A DNA stretch of 64,000 nucleotides from Prorocentrum cordatum (Eukaryota). Every line of letters starts with the position of its first letter. The first letter of the stretch is position 1. The stretch is taken from NCBI GenBank assembly GCA_963575745.1, contig CAUYUJ010000084.1:1-64000 (forward strand). The letters run 5' to 3'. Of this stretch, positions 1-11,749 are shown one piece after another. Position numbers and translations under genes: made by a program. The notes below the pieces were generated by a model. It did no database searches. It saw nothing but the letters and a program-made list of their open reading frames with translations, and was not told the DNA's origin.

Positions 1-2402
1 CACCCACTTCGGCACACCCCTCACACGTTTCGTGGCCCCATAGGGAGCTCCACCGAAGGCCCCATGGCTGCCGTCCGCATGCGTCCCGCACACCCATTTC
101 GGCACACCCTCACACGTTTCGTGGCCCCACAGGGAGCTCCACCGAAGGCCCCAGTGCTGCCGTCCGCATGCGTCCCGCACACCAGGTGTGTGGCGTGCCG
201 ACATGGGCGTCGCGGCGCGCGGGCGCTGCCGTCGGGGTTCCCAGGGAAGCCCCCTGCAGAGGCGACGCTCAGAGTCACGAGTACCGAGAGTCACGCAGAC
301 CCAAACTGTTCACAGTCGTATACATACATTTACACTGGGCGTATCCATGCACGCATTCATGCGAATAGAATCAATCGCGCGCAGATTCATTCATAATCAG
401 ACTCGCCCGCGATCCGACTCGCACGCGCTCAAGCTTTCATATTCGGACCTATCGTCTTCGTTCGTGTTGTGTACACTGCCACGCATTTCGGCACACCCCT
501 CATACGGCTCGTGGCCCCATAGGGAGCGCCACCGAAGAAGATATTCACAATTGCGGTACTCTCAACTGCATATGGTTGGGTCCTTCGCCAGGCTAATTTT
601 CCCAACTATCCTGTGGTGTTGAGTCCTCGTTTTGAAGAGACGGTGGCCCGCGTCTCCTCTCCTCCTCCTCTCCTCCTCCTCTCTCCTCCTCTTTCCCCTC
701 TCCTTCGCCTCTCCTCTTCCTCTCCTTCTCCTCTCCTCTCCTCTCCTTCTCCTCTCCCCTCTCCTCCTCTCCTCCTTTCTCCTCCCTCCTCCTCTTTCCT
801 CTCTCCTCCTCTACTCCTCCTCCTCCTCCTCTCCTCCTCCTCCATTCCTCATCCTGTCCCTCTCCTCCCACCATATCATGTCCTCACTATGTCATGGCAC
901 ACTCTCACACGTTCCGTGGGCCCCTAGGGGGCTCCACCGAAAGGTCCCCGTGGGGTGTGCCCGCATTCGCGTTCCCGCACACCCATTTCGGCACGCCCCT
1001 CACGCGTTCCGTGGCCCCATAGGGAGCTCCGCCGAAGGTCCCAGTGGGTGTGCCCGCATGCGTGTCTCACACCCATTTCGGCACACCCCTCACACGTTTC
1101 GTGGCCCCATAGGGAGCTCCACCGAAGTCCCCAGTGGGTGTGCCCGCATGCGTCCCGCACACCCATTTCGGCACACCCTTCACACGCTTACTTCGTTTGG
1201 CCCCATAGGGAGCTCCCCACCCGAATGTCCCACGTGGGTGTGCACGCATTGCGTCCCACACAGCCAATTTTCGTCCACCCCTCACCCGTTTCGTGGCCCC
1301 ATAGGGGGCTCCACCGACGGCCCCAGTGCCGCCGCCCGCATGCGTCCCGCACGCCCATTTCGGCCACCCCTCACACGTTTCGTGGCCTCATAGGGAGCTC
1401 AACCGAAGGTCCCAGTGGGTGTGCCCGCATGCGTCCCGCACACCCATTTCGGCACACCCCTCACACGTTTCGTGGCCCCATGGGGAGCTCCACCGAAGGT
1501 CCCAGTGGGTGTGCCCGCATGCGTCCCGCACACACATTTCGGCACACCCCTCACACGCTTCGTGGCCCCATAGGGAGCTCCACCGAAGGTCCCAGTGGGT
1601 GTGCCCGCATGCGTCCCGCACACCCATTTTGGCACACCCTTCACACGTTTCGTGGCCCCATAGGGAGCTCCACCGAAGCTCCCAGTGGGTGTGCCCGCAT
1701 GCGTCCCGCACACCCATTTCGGCACACCCCTCACACGCTTCGTGGCCCCATAGGGAGCTCCACCGAAGGTCCCAGTGGGTGCGCCCGCACGCGCCCCGCA
1801 CACCCATTTCGGCACACCCCTCACGCGCTTCGTCGGCATTCAAGGGAGCTCCACCGAATGAGCAGCCCAAGAACTGCTGAATGCGCCCGACACACCCATA
1901 GGGAGCTCCACCGAAGGTCCCAGTGGGTGTGCCCGCATGCGTCCCGCACAGCCATTTCGGCCCACCCCTCACACGTTTCGTGGCCCCATAGGGAGCTCCA
2001 CCGAAGGTCTCAGTGGGCGTGCCCGCATGCGTCCCGCACACGCATTTCGGCACACCCCTCGCACGTTTCGTGGCCCCATAGGGAGCTCCACCGAAGGTCC
2101 CAGTGGGTGTGCCCGCATGCGTCCCGCACACCCATGTCGGTACACCCTTCACACGCTTCGTGGCCCCATGGGGAGCTCCACCGAAGGTCCCAGTGGGTGT
2201 GCCCGCATGCGTCCCGCACACCCATTTCGGCACACCCCTCGCACGTTTCGTGGCCCCGTAGGGAGCTCCACCGAAGGTCCGAGTGGGTGTGCCCGCATTC
2301 GTCCCGCACACCCATTTCAGCACACCCTTCACGCGTTTCGTGGCCACTATAGGGAGCTCCACTGAAGGTCCCCGTGGCGCAGTCCGCATGCGTTTCCCCC
2401 AC
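1..2402. repeat. 90-bp tandem satellite (interrupted by a CCT-rich tract at ~655-870 and a dispersed repeat)
   Basis: Unit CACCCATTTCGGCACACCCCTCACACGTTTCGTGGCCCCATAGGGAGCTCCACCGAAGGTCCCAGTGGGTGTGCCCGCATGCGTCCCGCA recurs at 1441, 1531, 1621, 1711, 1801 etc. The long ORFs here are repeat translations. Confidence 0.95.
205..470 (+). repeat. Dispersed ~250-bp repeat (second diverged copy at ~2678-2930)
   Basis: Shared blocks GGCGTCGCGGCGCGCGGGCG...GGGAAGCCCC...GTCACGAGTA...CGCATTCATGC...CGCAGATTCATTCA...TCGTTCG in the same order at both sites. Confidence 0.7.
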
Positions 2403-3099
2403 CCAGTACACCTCCGTCGGAGGCCGTCGGAGTTCCGCGCCTCGCTCGCCCGCCGTCGCTCTGCCCAGCGGCAGGAGCCTTGCCCGCTATCAGCCAGCCA
2501 GCTAGCTCTTTTTGCTGCGCGCAGCGGACGACCCGCGCGCGTCGCTGGGACCCCTCCGGGGCGACCTGCGTGCGTCGCTGGGACTCCGCGCTGCGCTGCG
2601 CCCGCAGCCTTGGACTTTTGAATGCGCGGGCAAAGAGGGAGTAAAAGAAGGGGAGGAAGCGGGCGCGATCCTCGCGGTGGCGTCGCGGCGCGCGGGCGAT
2701 GCCGCTGGGGAGTCCCGGGGAAGCCCCTTGCGGCGGCCACGCCCAGCGTCACGAGTATTCAGAGGCAGTTTGTCATTCATAGTCAATTGCACCATGCTTT
2801 GTCATACTCGCATTCATGCACGTAGACTCGCTCGCACGCAGATTCATTCACAGTCAGACGCACTCGCGCTCAGATTCACCCGCGCTCAGTCTCCCTACGT
2901 ACTCAGATCAATCGTTTTCGTTCGCGCTGTGTACCTGTTAGGGGACATGCCCGACCTAACATTTGTTTCGGGTCTCTCCTGCCCTGGCCAGCAGCCGTGG
3001 CCGCGCCCACTTCCGGCGCAGTTCCCCAACCTTTTCTGCTTCGTGACGGCCTCTGGACCGCAGAGGTCCGCAGGCAGGAAAAGCCGTCCTTCAGAGGCG

Positions 3100-3941
3100 C
3101 ATGTGCTGCCCAGGGAGGTGTCGGCGACAGCGTGCTCGCGTTTTGCTGGGGCCGCCCAGGTGCCAACGTCGCACGTGTGGGCCCTTCTGTCGGCCCAGGG
3201 GTGGCTGAAGAACTCGCAGGACAGCGCCTTCAGGGACAGGATGGACTAGACGGAAAAGTGACCCTTCGCCGGAGTGACCTTTGGTGCGGGCTCATCGTGG
3301 TCCCCCCGATCGCCGAGCGCAATGCGATAGCAACCGAATGCGCGCTTGGATTTGGCCACCTTGCGCCCCCCTTAGTCCGCGCATCAAAGGTTACTCTTGC
3401 CTAGCGTCACTTTTTGCGTGTAGCCGATAGGAGAGGAAGCGGCATGGTGCTGCGAAGCCTGATGTACACGAAGCAGTTCACCAGCCGGCACGACAAACGC
3501 ATGCAAATGTTCTCCGTGGGCCTGGTTCTGCTGAACACCGTATACATGGGGGTGCAGGCGCCAATCCTCGAGCGCCGCACCTCGATCCTCGACCCTCGAG
3601 CCTCGAGCCTCGATCCTCGAGCCTCGATTTTCGAGCTTCGATTCTCGCTCCCAGGCGTCCGTGAGCCTGCGCGCGGTCCGGGAGGGCGAGAGCCTGCCCG
3701 ACACGTACCGCTACCTGGACATTATCTTCGTGGTCCTCTTCGTGCTGGAGCTGGCCGCTCGGCTCTTCATAGAGCGCGTGGCGTTCTTCACCGGCCCGCA
3801 CTACCGCTGGAACGCCTTCGACTCGCTCCTGGTCATCACTTCGCTGCTGGACGTCATGCTGTTCACACTGAACCTCAGCTTTCTCCGCAGCCTCAAGGCG
3901 TTCCGGGCGGTGCGGGCAGCTAGGATTCATGGGCCAATTCT

Positions 3942-3972
<31 letters not shown>

Positions 3973-6900
3973 CTCATCCTCGTCCTCCTCCTCCTCCTCC
4001 TCCTCCTCCTCCTCCGCGGACTTCTTCGCCGACGTAGGTGCGATGTCCCACCGACTGCCCACGGCGTTGCTCGACCTGTTCAAGGTCAAGCTCAGCGACG
4101 CGCAGATGGTGGCCAAACTTCTGTCATGGATGATGGCTGCAGTTGGCTCGTTATCGGACGAACTCAAGGACCTAGTCCCCGTCCTGTGCCGCGTGCCTGC
4201 TCCTCGTGACCCTGTGCAGATCGTCACGAACAGTCACGAGATCGCTAGAGATGGGGCCCGCTGGATTTGCACGAGGTGCACGGCCAGGGCCGCCCCTGAG
4301 GCAGCGGTCGCGAGGCTTCAGCGCTCCTTCTGTGAGCCAGCCGCGCTTCAGCGCCTCCTGGCCCGCGCCAGGCAGAGGCTCCCCTCCTCTTCGTCGAGCG
4401 CCTCCCTCCCTTCCTCGTCCTCGGAGGCGATCGCCATCGCCCTCCGGGCCGCCGACCGTGACCGTGCCTTGGGACCCGAGGCTGGCCATCCCACTGGGTG
4501 GGGCGAGGCTGCCAAACCCTGGACTCCCGAGGCGTCGCCCCCGTGGGGCCTGGGGAGGCCGCCGAGGGGGTCCCGTCCCTGCCAGCAGCGAGGTTGGGGC
4601 GTCCGCGGACGAGGCGGTCCCCGCGAGGCCCGCCGACGCCTCCTCCTCCTCCCTCCTCCTCCTCCTCCTCCTCCTCCTCCTCCTCCTCCTCCTCCTCCTC
4701 CTCCTCCTCCTCCTCCTCCTCCTCCTCCCCTTGGAAGTAGGACTTTAGGTGCCAGCGGTACTTTGTCTAGTCTGCCTAGCGCCCGTCAGCCCCCTCAGGG
4801 GCCCACTGTGTCTAGTGCTACCCCTGAGGCTTGCCATGAGCTTGTGCGTGGCCACCACCTCGTCACTACGGGCCCTTGTGCTTACTGTCTCGACTGTGGC
4901 GGGTCTGCGTCCACCAGGTAATCGCCAGTGTTGATGGCCTCTTGCAATGGTCCCGTCCTTTGGGAGACTAGCCGTCAGCGATGCACGGCCTTGAAGAACC
5001 TCAAGGCAGGGTGTCACCCGCGAACGGGTATTCCCCTAAGCGGTGACACACCCCGCGGCTAGGGTAGCCGTTATTCGAAAGAGCATGTTCTATCGCTGTT
5101 GGCGGAAAACCGGGGGGGGGGGGTCACTACCGGTTCGAACCCCTTCCCCCCCCCTCCTGAAAACCGGGGGGGTCACTACCGGTCCGAACCCCTCCCCCCC
5201 CCCACCCAGTCCATCATGAAAGGGGGGGGGGGTCACTACCGGTTCGAACCCCCCCCCTCCCTCGAAAACGGGGGGGGGTCACTACCGGTTCGAACCCCCC
5301 CCCTCGAAAACCGAGGGGGTGCGGACAGTGGTGGGGACGGTGGTGGTGGGGACAGTGGTGAGGGGACAGCGGGACAGTGGTGGGCTCAGTGGGACAGGTG
5401 GGGACGGTAGTGGTGGGGACAGTGGTGAGGACAATGGTGGGAACAGTGGGGACAGTGGGACAGTGGTGGGGACGGTGGTGGTGGGGACAGTGGTGTGGGG
5501 ACAGTGGGAATGTGGTGGAAACAGTGGGACAGTGGAGGGTACAGTGGTGGTGGGGACAGTGGTGAAGGCGGTGGCGAGGACGGCGGTGGGACAATGGGAC
5601 AGAGGTACAGTGGGGACAGTGGTGGGGACAGTGGGGACAGTGGTGGGAACAGTGGGACAGCTCAGTGGGACAGCGGAGGAGTCAGTGGGACAGTGGGGAC
5701 AGTGGGGATAGTCGGGCAGTGGTTGGGGCCGTGGAGAAAGTGGGGAGAGTGGAACCGTGGTGGGAACAGTGGTGGGGACAGTGGGGACAGTGCGACAGTG
5801 GTGGGGGCACTGGTGGGGACAGTAGGGACGGTGGTGGAACCAGTGGGGACAGTGGTGGTGAGGACAGTGGTGCTGGGAACAACAGTGGGGGATGTGGTGC
5901 GGACGGTGGTAGGGACCGGGAGTCGTTTGCTGGCGGTGAGTGGGGGAGGGTGGGGAGGGGTTCGAACCGGTAGTGACCCCCCCTCCGGTTTTCGAGGGGG
6001 GGGGGGGTTCGAACCGGTAGTGACCCCCCCGGTTTTCGAGGGGGGAGGGGGGGGGAGGGTTAGGGGAGGGGGGGGTTTTGCTGGGGGAGGGGGGGGTGGG
6101 GAGGGAGGGTTCCAGCAGGGGGGGGATTTTCGGAGGGGGGGGGGGGGAACCCCGGGCTCCCGAGGAAAAGGGGGGCAATTTTCCACAGTAAAGCGGAAGC
6201 GGCGGTGGATCACGCTCTCTCCGTTATTTGAATGTCATGGCTCCTTAGTTAGTTTTGGCTGGTTGGCGAGACCATCAGACCTGCGTGTCCTCCTCCTCCT
6301 CCTCCTCCTCCTCCTCCTCCTCCTCCTCCCACCTGTGGCAGTGGTGGGCGGAGATCGGCCCATCATAGGATGATCAAGTCGATCACGTTTGTCCGCGAGC
6401 TGAGGCTGATGGTCGCCTCCATCTTGTGCTCCCTCTCCTCGCTCTTGTGGGCGTTCGTTCTCCTGACCTTCGTCGTGTACCTCTTCTCGATTTTCCTGAT
6501 GCAGAGCCTGGAGGTATACGCAAACTCTATCGGGAGGAATCCTGGCGGTCAATTGATGCAGATGTTCGGCACACTCTTGGACTCCATGTACACCCTCTTC
6601 TGTGCAATCTCAGGAGGCAGGGACTGGTATGATATAATTAAGCCGTTTGACGAGATCTGGAGGGGCTATCGGGTCATCTTTGTCGTCTACGTGATCTTTG
6701 TATTTTTTGGGGTGCTGAACATATTCTGGAGGTTTGCGCCATTCCGCCGACCCCCAGAAGCAAGAACGAGAGGTGCTATGAGGCGGGGGAGGGGAACATG
6801 TGGAGAAGGAGGGGCATGATACCGAGGATGCAAGGGCCAGCATTGGCCAGCCGTTGGGTTGCCACGGGGCCGCGCTGGGCGACGCCTGGGTCTCTGGTGG

Positions 6901-8257
6901 GACGCTTTGGGGTCTCGTTGAGGCTCTCTTCTGCTCTGTTGGGGTCTGTTTGGGACCTTCCGAAGACTTCGGGGTGACTCTAGGTGCGGATGCGAGAGTC
7001 TTGGAGTCGTCTGGGTACGTCGAGAGGCAGTCTTGGAGCGGTCTCTGGGCAAGATTGGAGCAGTCTCTGAGACCAGCTTGGGACATCTGGGGCCACCTTG
7101 GGCCAGCATGGCGGCTATCTCGGAGCCTCCTGGCCTGTCGGGGGGCCTCTCAAGGACTCGCAGACCCTCTCGGAGGCCTCGGAAGCCCATCGCGGGGCCA
7201 CCTTGATGCTAAGTATGGGAACGACGGAAAGCATGCAACTTCACATCGAACTTTGAGACGGATTTGGCCTCGCGGTGACCGTCTTAAGGCCTCTTTAGAG
7301 GGGGGCTCTCGAGGCCAGGCAAGGCGCCAGCGCGAGGCCGTGGTCTGTCTTGGGCCAACTTGGTCGGTCTGGGAACCACTTGGGAGTCATTTCGAGGATC
7401 TCAAGGGCCTGGCCAGATCGGCTTGTCCAACTTGAGGCTAGTTTTCACCATCCTGAGTATGCCTGTTAGCCCCACTTCCTCCAGCCGCACCTGCTTGGCT
7501 TGCTTCTGTGCGCCCTGGCCCCAACCCGCTTGGTCCCCCAGGGTGGGCACTCTTGCGGGCAGCGTCAGCGTCAGCGTCAATGGCCTGGCCCGCAATTTTG
7601 GAGGCTCCGGGAGGCTTGATGGACTCCCGAGGTTCCTCCACCCACCCGCCCTTGAAAAACGAGGCGTTGGATTTCCTGGGCGGAGAGACTTGGGGAGGGG
7701 AGGCAGCCCGTTCAGCTCTCTGCGCTTTCTTACCCGCAGCCAGCTGCAGTTGGCGGACTGACTGCAATCTTTGTGGAGAGCGCCAAGCACATTGCCGAGA
7801 TCGATCGTGACATCGTCATTCAGGACCAAATCACGCGGGATAAATCCACGATGAACGAGGTCAGGCGTATTTTCAACACTGCCGACAACGATGGCAGTGG
7901 AAAGCTACGCCGGGATGAGCTCGAGGCGGTGCTGAGGGATGACAAAACGATGAAACACCTGAGGGTGTTGGAGCTGGACATCAAAGAGGTGGAAGGGCTC
8001 TTTCAGCTGCTGGACATTGACGACCACAACGAGGTCGTCATCGACGAGTTCGTCGTCCAGCTCATGAGGCTCAAGGGTGGAGCAAAGGGACTCGACCTAC
8101 AGACGGTTCTCTATGAGAATAAGCGCATTTTCCTCCGGCTCTCGGCAATGATGAGGTTCATGGAGAAACACATGGGGATGCTGGAGACGAGGCTCGACAT
8201 ACAGTCGACCGAAGAGGCCACCATGAAAGAATTCCTGCTGGACGAGGAGGATCCGAG
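3100..8257 (+). CDS. Single-domain voltage-gated cation channel (Ion_trans-type) with two EF-hands, paralogue 1. Exons ~3100-3239, 3431-3557, 3655-3923, 6369-6722, 7757-~8257. 5' and 3' ends uncertain.
   Basis: Joined translation gives S1 (MFSVGLVLLNTVYMGVQ), S2 (LDIIFVVLFVLELAARL), S3 (WNAFDSLLVITSLLD), S4 (FLRSLKAFRAVRAARMIK), S5, pore (AISGGRDW), S6 (FGVLNILTAIFVESA), and EF loops DNDGSGKLRRDE and DIDDHNEVVIDE. Colinear with paralogue 2. Confidence 0.9.
3431..3557 (+). CDS. Channel 1 exon (pre-S1/S1)
   Basis: LRSLMYTKQFTSRHDKRMQMFSVGLVLLNTVYMGVQ matches paralogue 2 LRHLMRATRFSGKTDKRMQMFSVCLVAVNTVYMGIQ. The 5' boundary is less certain. Confidence 0.8.
3655..3923 (+). CDS. Channel 1 exon (S2-S4)
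   Basis: CCAG|GCG acceptor and AG|GATT (GA) donor. Encodes ASVSL...FRAVRAAR. Confidence 0.9.
4016..5062 (+). mobile_element. Probable 3' fragment of a non-LTR retrotransposon (RNase H C-terminal helix plus Cys/His modules) inside a channel-1 intron
   Basis: ADFFADVGA resembles the N-x-x-AD-x-x-A end of RNase H. It is followed by H...WICTRC...C and GHHL...YCLDCG...C...LKAGCHPRTG, with an internal stop at 4919-4921 and a CCT expansion. Family assignment is inference. Confidence 0.5.
5105..6040. mobile_element. Foldback/MITE-like element with tandem subterminal inverted repeats around a GGGGACAGT(GGT) array
   Basis: GGGGTCACTACCGGTTCGAACCCC x4 (~5120-5300) and its reverse complement x2 (~5957-6030). 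Internal 9-12-bp array at 5320-5910. Confidence 0.7.
6369..6722 (+). CDS. Channel 1 exon (S4 end, S5, pore, S6)
   Basis: TAG|GATG acceptor. MIKSITFVRELRLMV...SGGRDW...FGVLNI is nearly identical to 55521-55874. Confidence 0.92.
6723..7756 (+). other. Non-canonical AT...GG intron (channel 1)
   Basis: Removal is required to join AAC AT|A CTG ACT (N-I-L-T). Ends are ATTC...TGGCGG. Stem 6743-6751/7749-7757. Confidence 0.75.
7757..8257 (+). CDS. Channel 1 exon (S6 end, EF-hands, C-terminal coiled coil)
   Basis: LTAIFVESAKH...DNDGSGKL...DIDDHNEVVIDEF...LKGGAKGLDL...KEFLLDEED. Homologous to five exons of paralogue 2. Confidence 0.9.
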
Positions 8258-8859
8258 GAGGGGATTTATACACAGCCACCGCCTTGATAATCGATCTTCG
8301 GGGGCCCCGGCGGGCGGTGGGTATGGATATATTCAGGCCCTCGGGTGGGGGTGGCAGATGTATTCATATCCACCGCCAGCCGAGTCCCCCGAAGATCGAT
8401 CCTCCAGGTGGTGGTTATGGATCGATTTCCGCCTCGCAGAGGAGGCGCAGAGATTATCCTGCAAGGCCCAGAGGTCAGCGAGCAGCACCGCTTCCTGTGA
8501 GCTGGCGACGGCGCCGGGGCTGCGAACTGGTTGACTCTCGAGAGGCCGTTCGCTCGCCGCCACAGAGAGGCCTGCACCGCGCGCTGCTGCTACTGCCGTC
8601 CCTGCCGCTGCCGAGGCCGCGGCTGCCGCCACTCCCCCCTCCTCCCTCTCCTCTCCCCCCTCCTCCTCCTCCTCCTCCTTCCTCTCCTCCTCCTCCTCCT
8701 CTCTCTCCGCCATCTCCTCCTCCGCCTCCTCCTCCGCTTCTCTCTCTCTCTCTCTCTCTCTCTCTTTATATACACACATCAATAAACGAATAAATAGATA
8801 CCGCCCCCCCCGGCCCCGGGTGCCACACCTCTCCGCCACGTCTCGGGGACGCTCCCGGT

Positions 8860-9480
8860 ACTGCTCCACCAGGCGTTCCGGGGAGCCTCCACAGCGCTCC
8901 AGGAGGGCCCAAGATGACTCCCAGGAGCGCCCAGAATGCGAAAGGATGGTCCAAGACGCTCCCAAGCAGCCCAAGTCAGCCTTCCGACGGCTCTCGAGGC
9001 TCCCAGGTAACCTCCAAGAGACCCCAAGAGAGATCCGAGAGGCGTCCCGGGACGGCCCGAAGAGGCCCAATTCCAGATTTTCATTGTTTTTGTTTAATGT
9101 TTTTGGCTTCTCGCGTTTTCGAGCATCCAACGGTCCAAGAGCGCCGAAGCTCCCAAGATCGCCTCAAGACCACCCAAGAGACCCTCAGGACGGCCCCAAG
9201 ACTGGCCAAGACGGCTCCAAGACTGCCGAAGAGTCGCCCAGGACAGCCCCAGACCAGCCCAGAACAGGCCTAAGATGGGCCCAAGAGCGGGAGCAGGAGG
9301 CTTCCAGAGACCTCCGAGAGGCCTGCGGGACCCCCCAGAGGCCCCCAACACCCCCCCGATTTTTGAGAGGCCCCAAAAACACCCCGACGAGGCTCCAAGA
9401 ACAGCCCAAGACAGCTGCGAGAGCCGTCCCGAGAGAGCCCAAAGAGGGTAAACTCGTTGATTTCCCATGGTTTTTACCTA
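8860..9480 (-). repeat. CCAAGA(C/G)GGCC ~11-bp-based repeat family (reverse orientation of the 29.5-40.9 kb family)
   Basis: Repeated CCCAAGA/CTCCAAGA/GACGGCCC units. Related tracts at ~6860-7430 and ~11850-12030. Confidence 0.7.
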
Positions 9481-9601
9481 ACAGCGAAGACTGATAGGTT
9501 TCTAATGGTCTCACAAGAAAGCATCATGACTCCCCAGGGGGGTCCGGGCAGGATCCGGGGAGAATCCGCGGAAGTCGTTTTAAGCAAACAGTTACACACA
9601 T

Positions 9602-9870
9602 TTCGTGGTCTTCGAGGTCCCAGAAGTCCATTCCCGGGCCACATTCTGAATGCCCGGAGCCAACTGTAGGCCACTTCGTGCTCTTCGAGTTCCCAGAACT
9701 CCATTCCCGGGCCACATTTTGAATGCCCGGAGCCAACTGTAGGCCACTTCGTGGTCTTCGAGTTCCCAGAACTCCATTCCCGGGCCACATTTTGAATGCC
9801 CGGAGCCAACTGTAGGCCACTTCGTGCTCTTCGAGTTCCCAGAATCCATTCCCGGGCCACATTTTGAATG
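9602..9870. repeat. 73-bp tandem repeat (~3.7 copies)
   Basis: CCATTCCCGGGCCACATT starts at 9628, 9701, 9774 and 9846. Confidence 0.92.
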
Positions 9871-11475
9871 CTGAGGCAGGCTGAGGCTGAGGCTGAGGCA
9901 GGCTGAGGCTGAGGCAGGCTGAGGCTGAGGCTGAGACGAGGATGAGGGCAGACTGAGGCTGGGCTGAAGCAGGCTGAGGCTGAGGCTGAGGCTGAGGCTG
10001 AGGCTGAGGCAGGCTGATGCTGAGGCAGGCTGAGGCTGAGGCTGAGGCTGATGCAGGCTGAGGCTGAGGCAGGCTGAGGCTGAGGCCGAGGCTGAAGGCA
10101 GACTGAGGCTGAGGCTGAAGCAGGCTGAGGCTGAGGCTGAGGCTGAGGCTGAGGCTGAGGCAGGCTGAGGCTGAGGCAGGCTGAGGCTGAGGCTGAGGCT
10201 GATGCAGGCTGAGGCTGAGGCAGGCTGAGGCTGAGGCCGAGGCTGAAGGCAGACTGAGGCTGAGGCTGAAGCAGGCTGAGGCTGAGGCTGAGGCAGGCTG
10301 AGGCTGAGGCAGGCTGAGGCTGAGGCTGAGGCAGGCTGATGGCTAGCTGAGGCTGAGGCTGAGGCTGAGGCAGGCGGATGGCTGATGGCGAGCTGAAGGC
10401 AGACTGAGGCTGAGGAGGCTGAGGCAGGCTGAGGCTGCGGCTGAGGCAGGCTGGAGGCTGAGGCTGAGGCTGAGCAGGCTGAGGCTGAGGCATGATGCTG
10501 AGGCTGAGCACTGAGGCTGCGGCTGAGGCTGATGCAGGCTGAGGCTGAGGCAGGCTGAGGCTGAGGCTGAGGCGAGGCTGAAGGCAGACTGAGGCTGAGG
10601 CTGAGGCTGAAGCAGGCTGAGGCTGAGGCTGAGGCAGGCTGAGGCTGAGGCTGAGGCAGGCTGATGCTGAGGCAGGCTGAGGCTGAGGCTGATGCAGGCT
10701 GAGGCTGAGGCAGGCTGAGGCTGAGGCCGAGGCTGAAGGCAGACTGAGGCTGAGGCTGAAGCAGGCTGAGGCTGAGGCAGAGGCAGGCTGAGGCTGAGGC
10801 TGAGGCAGGCTGATGCTGAGGCAGGCTGAGGCTGAGGCTGAGGCTGATGCAGGCTGAGGCTGAGGCAGGCTGAGGCTGAGGCCGAGGCTGAAGGCAGACT
10901 GAGGCTGAGGCTGAAGCAGGCTGAGGCTGAGGCTGAGGCAGGCTGAGGCTGAGGCTGAGGCAGGCTGATGCTGAGGCAGGCTGAGGCTGAGGCTGAGGCT
11001 GATGCAGGCTGAGGCTGAGGCAGGCTGAGGCTGAGGGCCGAGGCTGAAGGCAGACTGAGGCTGAGGCTGAAGCAGGCTGAGGCTGAGGCTGAGGCAGGCT
11101 GAGGCTGAGGCTGAGGCAGGCTGATGCTGAGGCAGGCTGAGGCTGAGGCTGAGGTGATGCAGGCTGAGGCTGAGGCAGGCTGAGGCTGAGCCGAGGCTGA
11201 GGCAGACTGAGGCTGAGGCTGAAGCAGGCTGAGGCTGAGGCTGAGGCAGGCTGAGGCTGAGGCAGGCTGATGGGCAGGCTGCGAGGCTGCTGAGGCTGAG
11301 TGCAGGCTGAGGCTGAGGCTAGGCTGAGGCTGAAGCAGGTGAGGCTGAGGCAGGCGATGCTGAGGCGAGGCTGGAAGGCAGACTGAGGCTGAGGCTGAAG
11401 CAGGCTGAGGCTGAGGCTGAGGCAGGCTGAGGCTGAGGCAGGCTGAGGCTGAGGCTGAGGGCTGAGGCTGAGGCT
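9870..11475. repeat. (GCTGAG)n hexamer satellite with ~150-bp higher-order period
   Basis: GCTGAG/GCAG units. The marker GAAGGCAGACTGAG recurs about every 150-180 bp. Confidence 0.95.
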
Positions 11476-11698
11476 GTGACTGCGACTGCCGTTGCCACTG
11501 CGACTGTCATCGCGAATGCGACTACGACTGCGAGAACAGCAGAATTCTACAACTGGATTCTCATCTGAATCTTAAGGGGAATGCTTCCAGATATGCTCCT
11601 ACACATCGCTGTTAGGTTGCTTTGCCAGGATAATCTAATGTTTTTCGCCTTCTCACGTTTTCCCGCTTCCAACCCTCGAAGATCGAGGATTTTGAATA

Positions 11699-11749
<51 letters not shown>

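Noticed and set aside
955..2752. Long ORFs (465 and 454 aa) in the first 2.7 kb
   Set aside because: They are translations of the 90-bp satellite, open on both strands, with no domain signal.
6732..7749. Canonical GT-AG alternative for the channel-1 S6 intron
   Set aside because: The donor is phase 2 while the nearby AGs need phase 0/1. It would insert residues into S6 and has no equivalent in paralogue 2.
9870..11475. Telomere-like repeat
   Set aside because: The GCTGAG unit does not match TTTAGGG/TTAGGG-type telomeres and lies internally.
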